A stretch of 64,000 nt of DNA. Source: Schmidtea polychroa. Lineage: Eukaryota. The translations under genes were made by a program, and so were the position numbers. Positions within the stretch are counted from its first letter, which is position 1, and the number at the start of each line of letters is the position of its first letter. Below, piece after piece: positions 1 through 13,429 of the stretch. The stretch is taken from contig CM097885.1 of the NCBI GenBank assembly GCA_044892525.1, forward strand, positions 127,100,001 to 127,164,000. Direction: 5' to 3'. Under the pieces are notes generated by a model, which saw only the letters and a list, made by a program, of their open reading frames with translations, had not been told where the DNA came from and searched no databases.

Positions 1-399
1 AAATCTAGCTCGCAGGAATTAATGTCGGTATTTCTCTTATACGGTGTATTGGTTCCTCCTTAGTGTATTCCATGATTAACGCAATATTGACAATATCCAT
101 ATATTTTTTGTTGATTGCAGTACCATCTTGTGTTTATTCTACCAAGTCATTTTCGAAATTTGATGTAAACAAATGATTCGATAATTTTTCAACCATTGCA
201 TGATAGGAAGATGCGTACTGATCTCAATTATATATATTATTTTCTTCTCTGCAGTGTAGATTTATGCCAAAGAATCGTCAATGGGGAACAATTGTAACAT
301 ACATACTAAATTTTCTTCCTGACAATTTTTGATTTTGATTCAGAAATTATTTGGGTTTTTGTTATTTTGGAAATCATCGTTTATAATCTTCATCCCGCT

Positions 400-3277
400 C
401 TCATTTTACGTCACGCTTGAAGGTGGATGGGTGGGTTCCTTCAAAACGTGACGTGGGTGGGTGAGTTGAGCTGAACGTGTCATCACGCTAGTTGTATTTA
501 TTAGTTTATATTTCAATATAAATAAATCATTAAATTAGAATATTAAATTTGAATATTAAAGAAAACTTTTTAATATTGAAAAGTAAACTTAACAAAATGC
601 CAGATCTATACCAAGATCTAGTGAATACGTATGCTCTTGCACATCCGGAAGAATGGAAGCACGATCAGCTGACAGAGGCGCAGGCTTTATGGAATGAATT
701 AAAATCAGAACCATCTACATGTCAAACGAAACTGAACGAGTTAAGAATGGTTGTAGCAAAACGAAAAGCAAAGAATCTGAGTTATTGGACAAACATTCCA
801 GCAAAGAAAACATTATTGCAGGAGGTTCCATCTGTGTCTGTTGAATCATCTGCTGGTGAACTGTTATTGCCGACAGTTATGGACAAAACAATCAGCCATA
901 CTTCAGTTGTCGACGAATCGAAAATCATCACTAGTGAATCGAGTATAAATGAGGTTGAAAAGCAGAATGTGTTGGAAGATATAAAACGTCATACACCAGC
1001 AGATATACGAGAACAAAAACGTTTGGATGAAGTAAATGCCAACATATCATTCCTTGTATTAAAGCAACAGAAAGGTTTAGGCGTAGGAAAGGAATTGAAG
1101 AACTTGGAAACTACCAAAAAGAAAATCCAAAAAGCTATTCAAACTGTTCGACTTAACCGTTCTCGAACACAGAAATCTCGTTTGAAAAAAAAGAAAAATA
1201 CCAAAAATTATCGGCAGCTGCAGGTGAAACATTACTTGAAAAACCTGGGCGTCCCAGAAAGGAGCAGAAATATCCAGATCTTCTCAATGTGATTTGGGAA
1301 CTCGTTTGTTCCAATGAAGCTGGAGCTGATCCTGGGCGTCGATCTGAATTATTGCAATGTCCGAAAACTTTAGATGATCTGACACTAATGCTCAATGAAA
1401 AAGGTTACAATATTGAAAGAACTGCTGTATACAGACGTCTGATACCACGTCGCTGGAATACAAATGAAGGCAAAAGACATGTACAAACGGTTCCGGTGAA
1501 ACTTGTCAAAGCCCAATTCAATGCTCTGAAGAAAAATGAAGATGCCCAGTTTGATTTGGCTGCTACCAGGCTCGTTATGGAACTATGCACACTTATTGGT
1601 CCACAAAACAGAATGCTATTTTCGCCAGACGATAAAGCTAGAATAGCTCTTGGAATTGCAGCAGCCAATTATGATGAGTACAGAGTACGGAGTAAAATTG
1701 CCAGATCACGATTGGGTGGTAGCCGAGAAATATAAATTGATACCTTCAGTGTACGCCTTCCTAACTATCAACGATGACATTGTTGGCGACAAGGCAACTT
1801 ATATAGCAATCCGTTCAGGAAAGCATGATACATCAAATGCCTACAGTCATGGCATGGACATACGCCACATAGTTGATGATGAACGGTTTGAGAATGTTGT
1901 CAAAACACCATCCGGAAATGTTAAACCATTTTGGGTGTCACGGTCAGATGGAGGACCAGACGAGAATGCACGGTATCCGAAAGTTATTGAAGAGGCTATT
2001 AATATTTTTCTGGAATATGATCTTGACATGTACATAGTTGTTATTACTCCAAGAGGCTACAGTGCATATAATCCCTGTGAACGTAGAATGGCTCCCCTAT
2101 CCCATGACATTTGTGGGTTGGTTCTTGATCACGAACATTTTGGTTCACATATTGGTGCAAGTGGAAAGATAATCGACGAAGAATTGGAAAAAAGGAATTT
2201 CTTTCACGTTATGAATGTCTTAGCATCTATATGGAGTAAAACAGTCATCGACAAAAATGCAGTGTATGTGGAGGCTATTCCAATACCAGAAGGCAATGAA
2301 ACACTGCGAGTTTCCAGAGAAGAAGTTGCAAACCTACTGTGGCGGTCGCAGCACATACTGAGTTCAAAGTACATGCTTCAAGTGGTCAAGTATACAAATG
2401 TATCTTGCTGCAAACCATTTCGCTATCCTCAATTTCGAAAAATCTTACCAAACAGGTTTTTACCATATCCTCGTGTTTTTGACCACACTGAATTTGGGAT
2501 TAATGCATTGCCTCCGAAGGATCCGATACCAGCAGGTCGTCATTTTTGCCATCTGTCCGTTCTTCTTCTTCTTCAAGATATTCACCCGGATGTTACGAAT
2601 CAAACTAACTCAGGCAGCCATACCCATTTGATCTGTATTGTCCATCAATCTCCATTGTGGATTTGATAGAGAGACAATATCAAGTCTGTGGCATGAATTT
2701 TCCAACTGTTGTTGCCAAGACAAATCATTATCGCATCTGTCGTAGACAAAAAACGAATGCCACATTAATTTTTACTGAAGTAGTTGAAGAAGAAGTTGCA
2801 AAAGTCGCAGACACCAGCGACAGTTCAGATAAACACGTCTGTTCACCCGCTTGTGTGAACCAGAAACCGCTGTTTGAACTGTTTGGATCTTTTTTAGTTT
2901 TACCTTCGGAACAACGTGGTGATTCTCCATGGATTTCTGACCTCGAAGAACCAGTTGATTAAATTAATTTTACTTGGTCCAGTGTTATGATTTTTAAACA
3001 TTTTAAAACGGATTCTTGCTTAATTTAAGCATCTTAATTAGAGTACTTGAAACAATTTTAAAATCCTTTTATAAATTTTATTTTACTTTTTGTTTGAAGC
3101 ATTAAATTGTTTTTAAACTATTAAAACTGTCTGTAAATTTGTAATTGGCATTGTATTAGTGCACCATTTGGCTACCCCCATTTCGTGAACAATAAAATGA
3201 TGTCACGATTGGATTGGGTCTAGGGAAATGTGACCAAGCGTGACAGGGTTAGGGTGACGTAATTATGCAATGACCCC
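400..3277 (+). mobile_element. Zator-like DNA transposon, defective, inside the last intron of the G-beta gene
   Basis: Right terminus ...GTGACGTAATTATGCAATGACCCC (ends 3277) has a degenerate mirror TTTTACGTCACGC near 400-416. The internal frameshifted transposase has motifs resembling the TP36/ISAzo13/Zator group. Family assignment is from motif recall. Confidence 0.6.
549..2962 (+). pseudogene. DDE transposase (Zator/TP36-like) split into 4 overlapping frames
   Basis: ORFs 549-1292, 1289-1735, 1650-2666 and 2657-2962. Motifs SPDDKARI, SDGGPDENARYP and TPRGYSAYNPCERRMAPLS; C-terminal C2H2-like CGMNFPTVVAKTNHYRIC. Confidence 0.7.
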
Positions 3278-3837
3278 TATCCTATTTTTTCTGACTGCAT
3301 AACAAAAAACTGATTTCTAGTGATATTCCGCCTGTGGCCATATCAGAAATTGTTTCATTTAGACTCCTACGATGCACAAAATCTAAAATTACTTTAGATT
3401 TCTTTTCTACTATATTTTGTTTGGGAGTGGGATTTTCAGTTTGAGTGAAATTAATACCATGTTTTAATTTAAACAATTCTTTAAACTCGTGATCCCTTTA
3501 TTACACAATTACATCCGATACTTAAATCATTTCTCGTTTTGAATTTGTGTTTTTCATACTCATAAAAGACAGTAAAAAATTGTATAAATTATTAATTTAT
3601 TTTACAATAATTTTTTTGTTTATTGTTCAAAATAAACAATGGTCGTATTATAAAACCTAATTCCACATGAAAACAAAATGATTTCTAATCATTTTTGAAT
3701 TAAATGTTCATATTAAACTCTGTTCATATCTTTGAACAGGGTTGACTGTACTTACATAACAAACATTTTGCTATTATAATCTGCCGATTATAAAATATTC
3801 TAAAAACAGTAAAACAGGTCGATTGTATAATTTAGAT

Positions 3838-4223
3838 CAGAGATTCTCAACCACTGTGCCACGAAATTTTAGATATATAATATATCGAAATAATTCCAAA
3901 TAAATTCATAAAAATCACAAAAAAACCTGAAAATTAATTAAAAATAATTTATACTCAGAATGTTGACTAAAAGTAAAAGCTTGAATAATGATCTCATAAT
4001 TATATAAAATCAAAATTCAAGCCTAAAAGTCACTTAAATTTAAAAAACTTACTTGAAAACCATTTATAAAATGGAATAAACGAAGTAAATAATTTTACTT
4101 TCTCATAAATGGTGAGTCATATTCACTGATGTACACACCAACGTGTATTATAGAATTTTTGTGTGCCCCAAAATTTTGAAATCGTTAAAAGTGTGCCACA
4201 ACAAAAAAGGTTGAGAATCACTG
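3838..4223. mobile_element. hAT-type MITE
   Basis: TIR CAGAGATTCTCAACC / GGTTGAGAATCACTG; 8-bp TSD ATTTAGAT / ATTTAAAT (7 of 8 match). Confidence 0.75.
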
Positions 4224-4342
4224 ATTTAAATGGTTTTTAATAATTAATTGATTATTAAAAATTGTTTATTGATTGATTATTATTTGAAAAAATCGATTTC
4301 AAGTAACAAAACTCTTAAAAATTACTATAAATATAAACTAAC

Positions 4343-4631
4343 CGGCCCGGTCTTGTTTGAGAGTATCCCAAACGTTACAATTAAAATCGTCGTAACCTCC
4401 CAATAAAAGACGCCCACTTTTACTGAAGGCGACACTGGTAATGCCACAAATTATGCTGTCATTTGAGTACATTCCAATTTCTTGGTCAGATCTAATATCA
4501 AATAATCGACAAGTGGCATCATCACTTCCTGTTGCAAATCCAAAACCGTTAGGGAAAAATGTAACAGCATTTATGTCTGACTCATGGCCAGGAAACGACT
4601 GTTTGCATTTTCCATCACGAAGATCCCATAA
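4343..4631 (-). CDS. GNB1: G-protein beta subunit, coding exon 5 ([11 protein letters not shown]...DTLKQDRA); final exon lies outside the window
   Basis: Translation closely matches G-beta WD40 repeats. AG acceptor at 4632-4633, GT donor at 4341-4342 in phase 1, at the conserved position before GVLAGHDNR. Confidence 0.93.
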
Positions 4632-4682
4632 CTGAAATTAAGATAAGTTCCTATAATCATCGATTTGAAAGGCGCTTGTAAC

Positions 4683-4812
4683 CTTGGCTGATGCATCACA
4701 TGCTCCTGATACAAATGTTCGATGATCTGGTGCTAAGCTGAGACTCATTACATCTCCGGTATGCCCAGTAAATGCCGCTAATTGCTGGCCAGTTTCAATA
4801 TCCCATAAACCA
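4683..4812 (-). CDS. GNB1: G-protein beta subunit, coding exon 4 ([26 protein letters not shown]...DASAK)
   Basis: G-beta sequence; AG/GT boundaries; followed by a 51-nt intron (4632-4682). Confidence 0.93.
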
Positions 4813-5577
4813 CTGAAACAAAAGTTTCATTTATTAAATTTTAAAAAGTCAACAAAATCCTTTATTTTTTGTTCCCCTTTAATCAGTTAAAAATTTCCCC
4901 TACGTAACACAAATTTTCGACACATTTGACAAAGACAGCGCCAAAAATTTGTGTTACGTGGAAAAATTAATTTTTGATCAATGAAAATAAGAAATATAAA
5001 AGTAATTTCAAAAATTGTTTTTTATATTTTATTCAGTTTTTTACTATAGATCTGAATATTTGTCTTAAACGGAAAGCATTGATCTATAAGATAGGTTTTC
5101 AACGGGGACGGTACCTAAGGAGGCGTCTTTTGTCCAAGATATGTTAAAGGTGTGCTGAAGACCAATAGCGTCCCCACTTGGGCAATATTCTCATGAATTA
5201 GGTAAAAAGTTTGATTAATACTAAAAAATAATTGAACGCATGTTTCAGCTAATAATCGTAAATGTAAAGTCTATTCGTATTAAATGTAGGTATTGATACA
5301 TTACGTTTAGTTTGCAAGTCTTTACTCGCAAAGGACCTAATCTAGGCCCTTCGAGGATTTTTTCACCAACAGTCAAAAAGAACTAATTTAAAATAAACAT
5401 TTTATAAGTCAGTAAAGAATATTTTTTTTTACCATATTTTCTATATCTATAATATAATAATAAATTTTGTGAATGCAATATGTAATGTTTTCTTTTTTTC
5501 TAAATAAAAAAAACTTTAGAAATAAATTTTGTGCAATGTTTTCAGTTTTTCCAAATAAATAATAACAAAATTCTACT

Positions 5578-5665
5578 AGGTTAATCCCGGCGGGATCCCG
5601 GGATCAACAAAAACCAATCCCGAAATCCCGGGATTGAAAAAAAGGCTCCGGGATTGCGATCCCTA
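5578..5665. mobile_element. Terminal remnant of a hAT-like MITE
   Basis: Clustered ATCCCGGGAT subterminal palindromes ending in GCGATCCCTA; no partner end found. Confidence 0.35.
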
Positions 5666-7149
5666 ATCTAGGGATGTTTGACATGTTTGTTGAGCATTAC
5701 TATACACCACTTCTAAATTGAATCCGCTATAGGCTAAATTTGTGGACATTGCTCAACATAAACATTTGTGGCATTCAGTTAGTAGGACATAAATAATTAA
5801 ACACAATTTTGATTAAATACAGTAGGATATAATTAAACAGGCACTTCAACTTTCATCTAATTTATTTAGAACTTATTTATCTACTAGAGTCGTCAAACAC
5901 AAGACCCGAGAAAAATCCGAAATTACAAATTTATTGAATAATACATAAACAACAGTTTCTCGTGAATTCTATAACCCGATTCCCACCAAACATATATTTC
6001 TATTTATTCACAGTAAGGAATAAAAAGTACTAAAATTTTCAAAAATCGTCAATTTCGAAGAGTGCCATAGAAAAACATTCTACATGCTATAGTTCTGTCG
6101 ACCACTGACCTAAACTATGTCGTGAGATTGTGAATAATTGTATCTGCTTATAGTAGATTCAATTAGGAAATGGTGTAAATAAGTGATAGAATAGGTATAT
6201 TTTTATCAAAATACCCTAACATAGCGACTACAATCCTAAACTTTCAGTGCAGTACCTACATATGATATTCAAAATATAACTTACGTATTGACCTAATTAT
6301 TAAAATTACATTATTTTCGCAATAACAGTTGTTACATTAGTAAGTACTATTTATTGTTATTTTTTTGTTAAATATTTTATTAAAAAAATTGATTAATTGA
6401 ATTGTAAACTAATCAGATTATATGGTTCGATATAATATTTGAGCATCTAACTCCACGTGCTCTTGACCAAAGGATTGACTCATTACGAGTAACTTTATTT
6501 ACTTTATAATCTCTCGTATTGTGTCAACACAATTGAAATAATTTTACGTAATTTAGGGACAAGTAACCTTTTGGGAAACTGCCTCAAGTTGACTAAACTA
6601 ATCTGATAATTCTCAAAAATAACTTTTTATTTGTCTTCTTTGCCCATTTTCTAATTTAATCGCTTTTTCTTCACTCATTTTTTTATCTTCGACCAGAATG
6701 GCAATTTCATTGAGTCAAGAGCTCATTTTAAAGGAAACTTTCATTTCGTCAAATTCCATTAAATTATCTTAAGGAGCCAATTTAGTTTTTAATTAATTTT
6801 GCTTCTCTGGTTGACATTTTGCCTGTCAAGCTAGAAATTTTCTATTAAATTTATTTTTCTTAACTTAATTAATTAATTTGTATTCTTTTATTAACTTTGT
6901 CTGAATACCCTGAATCAAATATATATTTTTATATTTCAGTGTGCATGTTCGTTTCATCATTTACCATCCACCTTAACCCGTTTCCGCAAAAATATTAATT
7001 TTCGATTTTTTCAATTTTTAATTAATTTCCCCAATTCAATTATCATTTTTTTGAATTTTGTTACATTGAGATTTTTATTGTTTTGCACGTTTTTAAACTT
7101 TATATTATTCTATACAACCCCAACAAAATGAAGAATTAAAATTGAAATT

Positions 7150-7330
7150 AAAATATGATTATCAAGAATTTTGGCTTCAAAGATAAATTGCAACGCTATT
7201 TCCAGCCTTATGGCTTGTAACGAAGGGATTTATAGATTGGTCAACAATTAATAAAGAAAACAATTTGCAATAATGGAACACGGCGATGGCGAAATTGGTT
7301 AGCCGAATTCGTCCCGCTTCCTCCTCCAAT
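7150..7330 (+). pseudogene. Decayed hAT/Buster (ZBED-like) transposase C-terminal fragment
   Basis: Frameshifted EFWLQR*IATLFPALW ... LQIMEHGD.RNWLAEFVP resembles the hAT dimerisation region. Confidence 0.35.
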
Positions 7331-8469
7331 GGCCACCGTCAATTCGAACGAACTAGCTCAACAACCTTATTGTTACAGGAATGCAGATTTGGATGATTCA
7401 AACTTTTATTTGAACCAATTATTGTAACATCGTATATAACCTAGTTTGTCTTCCATTGTTAATTAATTGTCGTCCGGGTTTTTCACCAAAGATGGACGCT
7501 ATCGATATAACTCTTTGAAAATGTGGGGTCTGACCAAAACAGATATTAAACTATATTAAATTGTATATGAAAACAGATCAAAAGTGAAGATAAAGATAAA
7601 TAATTTTAATTTTAAATTGAATAAATTTGAATTCTATATCATGTTCTCTATTATCGCTAATCATTTTGATAATAATCTATCACGATGTCTATAACTTTAG
7701 ATATGATGACATTATTTTCTGAATAATCATAAAAATGAAAATCTAAATTACATATGAGAAAACTTCATTTTTTACTCTTTTCTCACATTTTTTCATTTTT
7801 TACTCTCATTTTTTACTACTCTGCAAGCAGATCAATTTGATGTCTGGTATAAATAAAAAATAGGAAAAAAATAAACAGCAACTGAAAAAATGAAATTAAA
7901 AGTTTACACAATAACACAAAAATAAAAACGCAAACTACCGAAAAATTCAGAAATAAACAATTAAAATCATTAAAGAAACTAAATCTGTTGACAAAAAAGA
8001 ACAAATATGGCCAATGAATGAAGTGTTTCGTACTATATCAACGATAAAAAATACTACTACTAGAATGATTAAAAGAAAATTTGATGAATCATCTGTTAGC
8101 AGCAGAATCAATATGTTCACACAGAATATATTTCAGATAGAAATTAGTAGAACAACTGACAGGGAAATACGACAACATTTATGCATAGGCGATTTGGTTT
8201 CCGTGTTATGGCATTTCGCCTATCCAAATAGAAAGTAATATGCAGTTTCTATGCATTATATAAAAATTGAAAAACACTTTCAAAGGATATAGAGTGAAAT
8301 TATCTTTCATTTTAAAGTGCTAAATAAATATATTACAATATTGTTAAGGCGAAGAGCTGTGAGTTGGATAAACAAGTATGTTGAAAGTCTGACAAAACGA
8401 AATTAGACAAACAAAATCAATATAAGAATAAGCATCTTATAATCTAGGAATTATAGACCTTTCTAGTAC

Positions 8470-9345
8470 TGTTATCTGTATTGCCATTTGCCAAAATTGA
8501 AACGTCGTTAACGATAAAATTAAATGAGTTACAATAAAATTGTCAAATTTGCCAAAATTTTCCCTGATCCATGGGTTGAATAAGCGATGTTGTACTTTTT
8601 AGCAAAAGCATACAACTAAAGTTGCTGTCTTTGAAGATAGAATATTTTCAGAGGAATGAGCAGGAGCGGTGTCTAAAATCAATAAGCATTTCACCTTTTG
8701 CGGCGGTATTTCCAGTTTCTTCTCTTGAAATTTTCTAACTGTATGTACAAATTCTTTTAATAAACCGATTTTTGAAAATATCTGAATTGAACCATGCCTT
8801 ATTGGAGTTATAATATCAAACCGGCCGATGATGCATTATATCTTTTAAAACTCTAGGTTTACAAAATTTACCAACAATTACAGGAGTCAGTCTATGCTAT
8901 TCATCGGCTTTGGCACAAAACAGTACTGAGATCCTATCCATGCTGATTTTTCTTCCAGGATTCGATTTTTCATATTTGTAGGCTTGTGTACACCAAAACA
9001 TACCAGTTTCATCAGCATTGTAAATCTGAGATTCTAATAGCATTTCGTTAATTATATGTTCTATTAATTTTGCCTAAAAGGATCAATTTCTTCTTTTGGT
9101 GCACTTGAAGCTTCGCCGTAAATTCTTTTATTCATAATTCCGTGCTTTTTGCGAAGGCGCCAGAGCCATCCATCTCTTGCTCTGAATGGTATGGTCATAT
9201 GATTTGCCAATTTAATTGCAGCAGATATCAATTCGACTACCTGGACCGGAACCCCACTAGAACGTTTTGGCCGTACCATTTTAAGATTGCTTCTTCAAGT
9301 GACGTTTCACGAGCAAATTTCATTTGTTTTCTGGAATTGCAACAT
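8470..9345 (-). pseudogene. pogo/Tigger-type transposase remnant
   Basis: CENP-B HTH (FRARDGWLWRLRKKHGI...GEASSA), then YNADETGMFW, LLILDTAPAH and IQPMDQG, with stops and frameshifts. Confidence 0.8.
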
Positions 9346-9829
9346 TAACGCAAATTTATTTATTTTGCTAATTTCTAATTTTTAATTGATCCTTAGGTTG
9401 ATTGTTTTTTCCTTTTGTCCATATTTAAAGGGCAGGATTGCGAATATTTATATTTATTTACTGGAGTACACTAAATGCGTTGATTCACTTCAAGTAAACA
9501 CAAGTTAAACTAATGTAGAATTGTGTGAATACCCGACCATGTCCTGCGTCGAAACCTATACGTCATTATATCAGGGAATCCCCTAATATACTATAGCTCC
9601 GACTAGGTGCTGTCTACGAGCAGGACACCATTAGGTCTCAAATTCTAGAGCTAGGCGTATGATGTTATTATCATGGCCGCTAAATATTGTTTACATGCGG
9701 CGTCACTTGAATTTAAGCATTTATAATATTAACAGGACGTTTTTAATTTTTTTTTACATTTGACCAGAAAATCTGTCCGCTATATCCGAAGTTCGTTAAA
9801 TAGAGCTCCATTATATCAATATTTTACTG

Positions 9830-9841
9830 TATTATTATTGC

Positions 9842-9900
<59 letters not shown>
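9830..9900. repeat. (TTA)n microsatellite
   Basis: About 20 TTA units beside the exon 3 donor. Confidence 0.95.
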
Positions 9901-9901
<1 letters not shown>

Positions 9902-9926
9902 TAATAATAATATAAATGTTTCCTTA

Positions 9927-10160
<234 letters not shown>

Positions 10161-10200
10161 TTATTTAAAAATAATTATTTTCAAAATTTCTTTTAGATAC

Positions 10201-10410
10201 CTTATTTGTTGTATATACATCCCACACAATTAATTTACCATCTTGACTAGCTGAAACAAGATTTCTTGAATCAGTTCCCCAGTGCATGGCATAAATCTTT
10301 GCTAAATGACCACGCAAGGTTCTTCTTGTTTTCATTTGAATTCTTCCAACACCATCAATATCAGCTGATGCTTGTGCTAGAGACGTATCTGCAGCTGCTT
10401 TACGTGCCTC
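10201..10410 (-). CDS. GNB1: G-protein beta subunit, coding exon 2 ([11 protein letters not shown]...WDVYTTNK)
   Basis: [21 protein letters not shown]; followed by a 43-nt GT-AG intron (10158-10200). Confidence 0.95.
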
Positions 10411-10940
10411 CTTAAACGTATTATTGTAAATGAAATTAATATAATTGAATATTGTTGAATACCTATTTTATTGCCAATGATAAAAATGAAGATATTTTTA
10501 TTGAAAAAATGTATCTCAAAATCCTTTGAATATAATCATTTTAAAATACACAGGTTAGGAATAAAAGAAAATTTCATTTAATCCTATGTGATAGGTGTAA
10601 AATTCAGCTTCATAATTACTTGCATATGTGGGTTTTTCGGGTTATCTTGTAATGTTTTAATAATATTACTGAAATGATTTAGTTATGGTTAGTTATTTTC
10701 AAATAGCTATAAAATTCTTTAATATTTATATAAAATTTTATTTCAGTCATATATTGATTATGTCCTCGTTGAATACACCCCATTTGTCGCCATAAATAAA
10801 AGTATTCTTTTTAAAAGTTTCTCGGGGCCTGCTTCACGCCTGCAGAAAAATTTATGATAAACTCATTTTGTTTCATTTGTAAATAGCATCTAACAACTGG
10901 CAAACAAAGAATTAATAACATATACACGTTTTATTAATTA

Positions 10941-11154
10941 CCGTATATACTCGCGTATAAGTCGAGTAAATTTTAAGAGGTTTTTAAATCCTAAATTGGA
11001 AACCCGCGTATAAGTCGAAGTAACAAAAATAAAAAATGTTTAATGATTTCATTGAAAATTAATTTGTACGTTTGTTGACCCGCGTATAAGTCGAAGTGGC
11101 TATTTTGACTTGGAAATTTGGTAAATTTCTCGACTTATACACCAGTATATACGG
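10941..11154. mobile_element. Tc1/pogo-superfamily MITE
   Basis: 26-bp TIR CCGTATATACTCGCGTATAAGTCGAG with a near-perfect mirror; TA TSD on both sides; two internal copies of CCCGCGTATAAGTCGA. Confidence 0.85.
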
Positions 11155-11494
11155 TATATTCATATGTTGGCCAAATCCATACTAACTAGAATACTTAGGT
11201 TTATCTTCATTTCATTCAAATTATCGATCAAATTTTTCGGCAAAGTCATCTTAAGTTGTAAAAATATGTAATAAATGTTTAATAAATGTTGAGAATGCTT
11301 ATAAACAGTGACGTGAGTAACCTATTGCAAATGCTTATAGTACTTTTTCATTTCATAAAGGTTTATTGTAAATTTCATTCAAATTGCTATTTGCTCATAA
11401 GATTTCTTAAAAAATTGAAATAAAACTTGGCTGTCATCTATAAAAAATGTAGTAATGAAGAAAAAATTGTTTCAATTAGAATCGGTTAGGCAAG

Positions 11495-11984
11495 ATGTAC
11501 AGGAATACCTCGAACAGTACGGTTAATCGGTTCTGGAATTTAGCCGTACTATTTGAAACCGGACTATTCGAGGCATTCTGGCGCTAATAAATTTACGGCT
11601 TAGTACCCCTATTAAGAAATTTAAAAATCGTGATTATAATCTAGTAAACAAAAAATATTTTGTGATGTATTTTTATTTTTCTGATATTCAAGAGCAAAAC
11701 AAGCATATTTAACACAGTTGTACATTTAAATATATATTTATTGAAATTTATAAGCCGGCAACTACAAACCAGAAATTAAACGTAACAAAACAAATTATTA
11801 AACACGTGCCGTATGATTTTATAATAACGAATAAATTCTAAAAAATTAATTTAAAAAAACTTTTTTAAATTTCGAAAATTTTATTTAATCATTTTAAAAA
11901 CAATCAAATTTTGAAAATTTCAAAACCGTACTATAGAGAAACCGTACTGATCGAAATCGTACTATGCTAGGTATTCCTGTACAT
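11495..11984. mobile_element. MITE-like element, superfamily unassigned
   Basis: 16-bp TIR ATGTACAGGAATACCT / AGGTATTCCTGTACAT; subterminal (A)ACCGTAC repeats. Confidence 0.55.
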
Positions 11985-12326
11985 ATCAATAAGAATAAAA
12001 TCAATAACAATATACAGGAACTTTCAATTAAGATTAATGGTTGCGAAAATGAATCTGCTAGCAAAATAAAAGATTATTGTTTCCTAAATGTGAGACAAAA
12101 TAAAAAGGATAAATCAAAATCTTCCATTTCAGAAAGATTAGTCATAAATCTTTCTGATGTGAAAGATAATCCTATTTTCACAGTAGATCATTCTAATAAA
12201 TTACGTTTTCTTCTCTATTCTAATGAATGGACACTCTGATCCCATTGGACGTAATATGCTAATGGCACCCGGGAAATTGTTAAAAGTTTTTATAGTCATG
12301 CTTAAACATTACAGTTCTATACGCGT

Positions 12327-12505
12327 NNNNNNNNNNNNNNNNNNNNNNNNNNNNNNNNNNNNNNNNNNNNNNNNNNNNNNNNNNNNNNNNNNNNNNNNNN
12401 NNNNNNNNNNNNNNNNNNNNNNNNNNNNNNNNNNNNNNNNNNNNNNNNNNNNNNNNNNNNNNNNNNNNNNNNNNNNNNNNNNNNNNNNNNNNNNNNNNNN
12501 NNNNN
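12327..12505. other. Assembly gap (N run)
   Basis: Run of N inside the intron between G-beta coding exons 1 and 2. Confidence 1.
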
Positions 12506-13372
12506 AATAAATTATTAGTGTAAATGATTATAGTGAAACCAATAATATATTAAAACAATTTTGTGAAGCAAATCGATGTGGGTTATTTATTGTCTTAGTT
12601 ATTTTGTTTCGGAACTGAATAAATAAATCTTAATGCAGTACTCAACAAGGATTGAAGACCCAATGTGAACGGATTTTTTTAAAGTTCCATTTCACTGTCG
12701 GCTTGAAATATTCAAAACAATAAGAAATAAATTATATATTGAAGAAATTCCCAACAAAGTTGAACAAGACTGTCAAAATGATACAATAACTTATGAAGGA
12801 TTAACGCAACAGAAAAACAAAGTCAACATTGCAACAATTCCATATTCATAAGTGTAATCGATTCCTGAGCTCGAAAAAGGACACAAGTGCATGTCATCAG
12901 TTTCAATCGATATTCTTTTTACATGATGTGCCTTCTTATATACTCAATCAATCGACACGTGGTAGACAAAATAACTATAAAATATGATAATATAAATAGT
13001 GTAGGAAATCTTTCCTTCCGTTAGTCAATTTTCGTCACCCGGTGAACCAACTTCATATTAGGAACTAATTGATAAGATCAAGCTTGATTCAAAGATCTGC
13101 AGAATAACTGAATTGTGATGAAAACTTATATATACAAATTTCGCATAAAACACCCATATCTAACCGTACAATATTTTTGAACTTACATGGAAAACAATAA
13201 TAATTCTTAAATACTATGTAAATTAAATTGTTAATTAATAAATATTATTACATCATAATTGCAAAATTAATTTCGCATTTTTTGTAAAATAAATGTAATG
13301 ACTTTAAAATGATCTGACCCAGTTTTAAAAAAAACTTTAATTTATAATCAATTTAAATATAACATCACTTAC

Positions 13373-13429
13373 TCGAATCTGATTTTTCAATTGTTCACAT
13401 TCCTGTCTTATTTGGTCAAGCTCACTCAT
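13373..13429 (-). CDS. GNB1: G-protein beta subunit, coding exon 1 (MSELDQIRQECEQLKNQIR)
   Basis: 57 nt from ATG to a GTAAGT donor, the conserved G-beta intron position. An acceptor just upstream (13443-13444) suggests a 5' UTR intron. Confidence 0.93.

Noticed and set aside
1-4342. Final G-beta exon (GVLAGHDNRVSCLG...)
   Set aside because: Not found by eye in this interval; presumably left of the window.
4902-4959. 15-bp inverted repeat in G-beta intron 3
   Set aside because: Too short and lacking a TSD to classify; likely a MITE relic.
11964-12960. Short plus-strand ORFs around the gap
   Set aside because: No recognisable motif, multiple stops, and interrupted by Ns; probably old TE debris.
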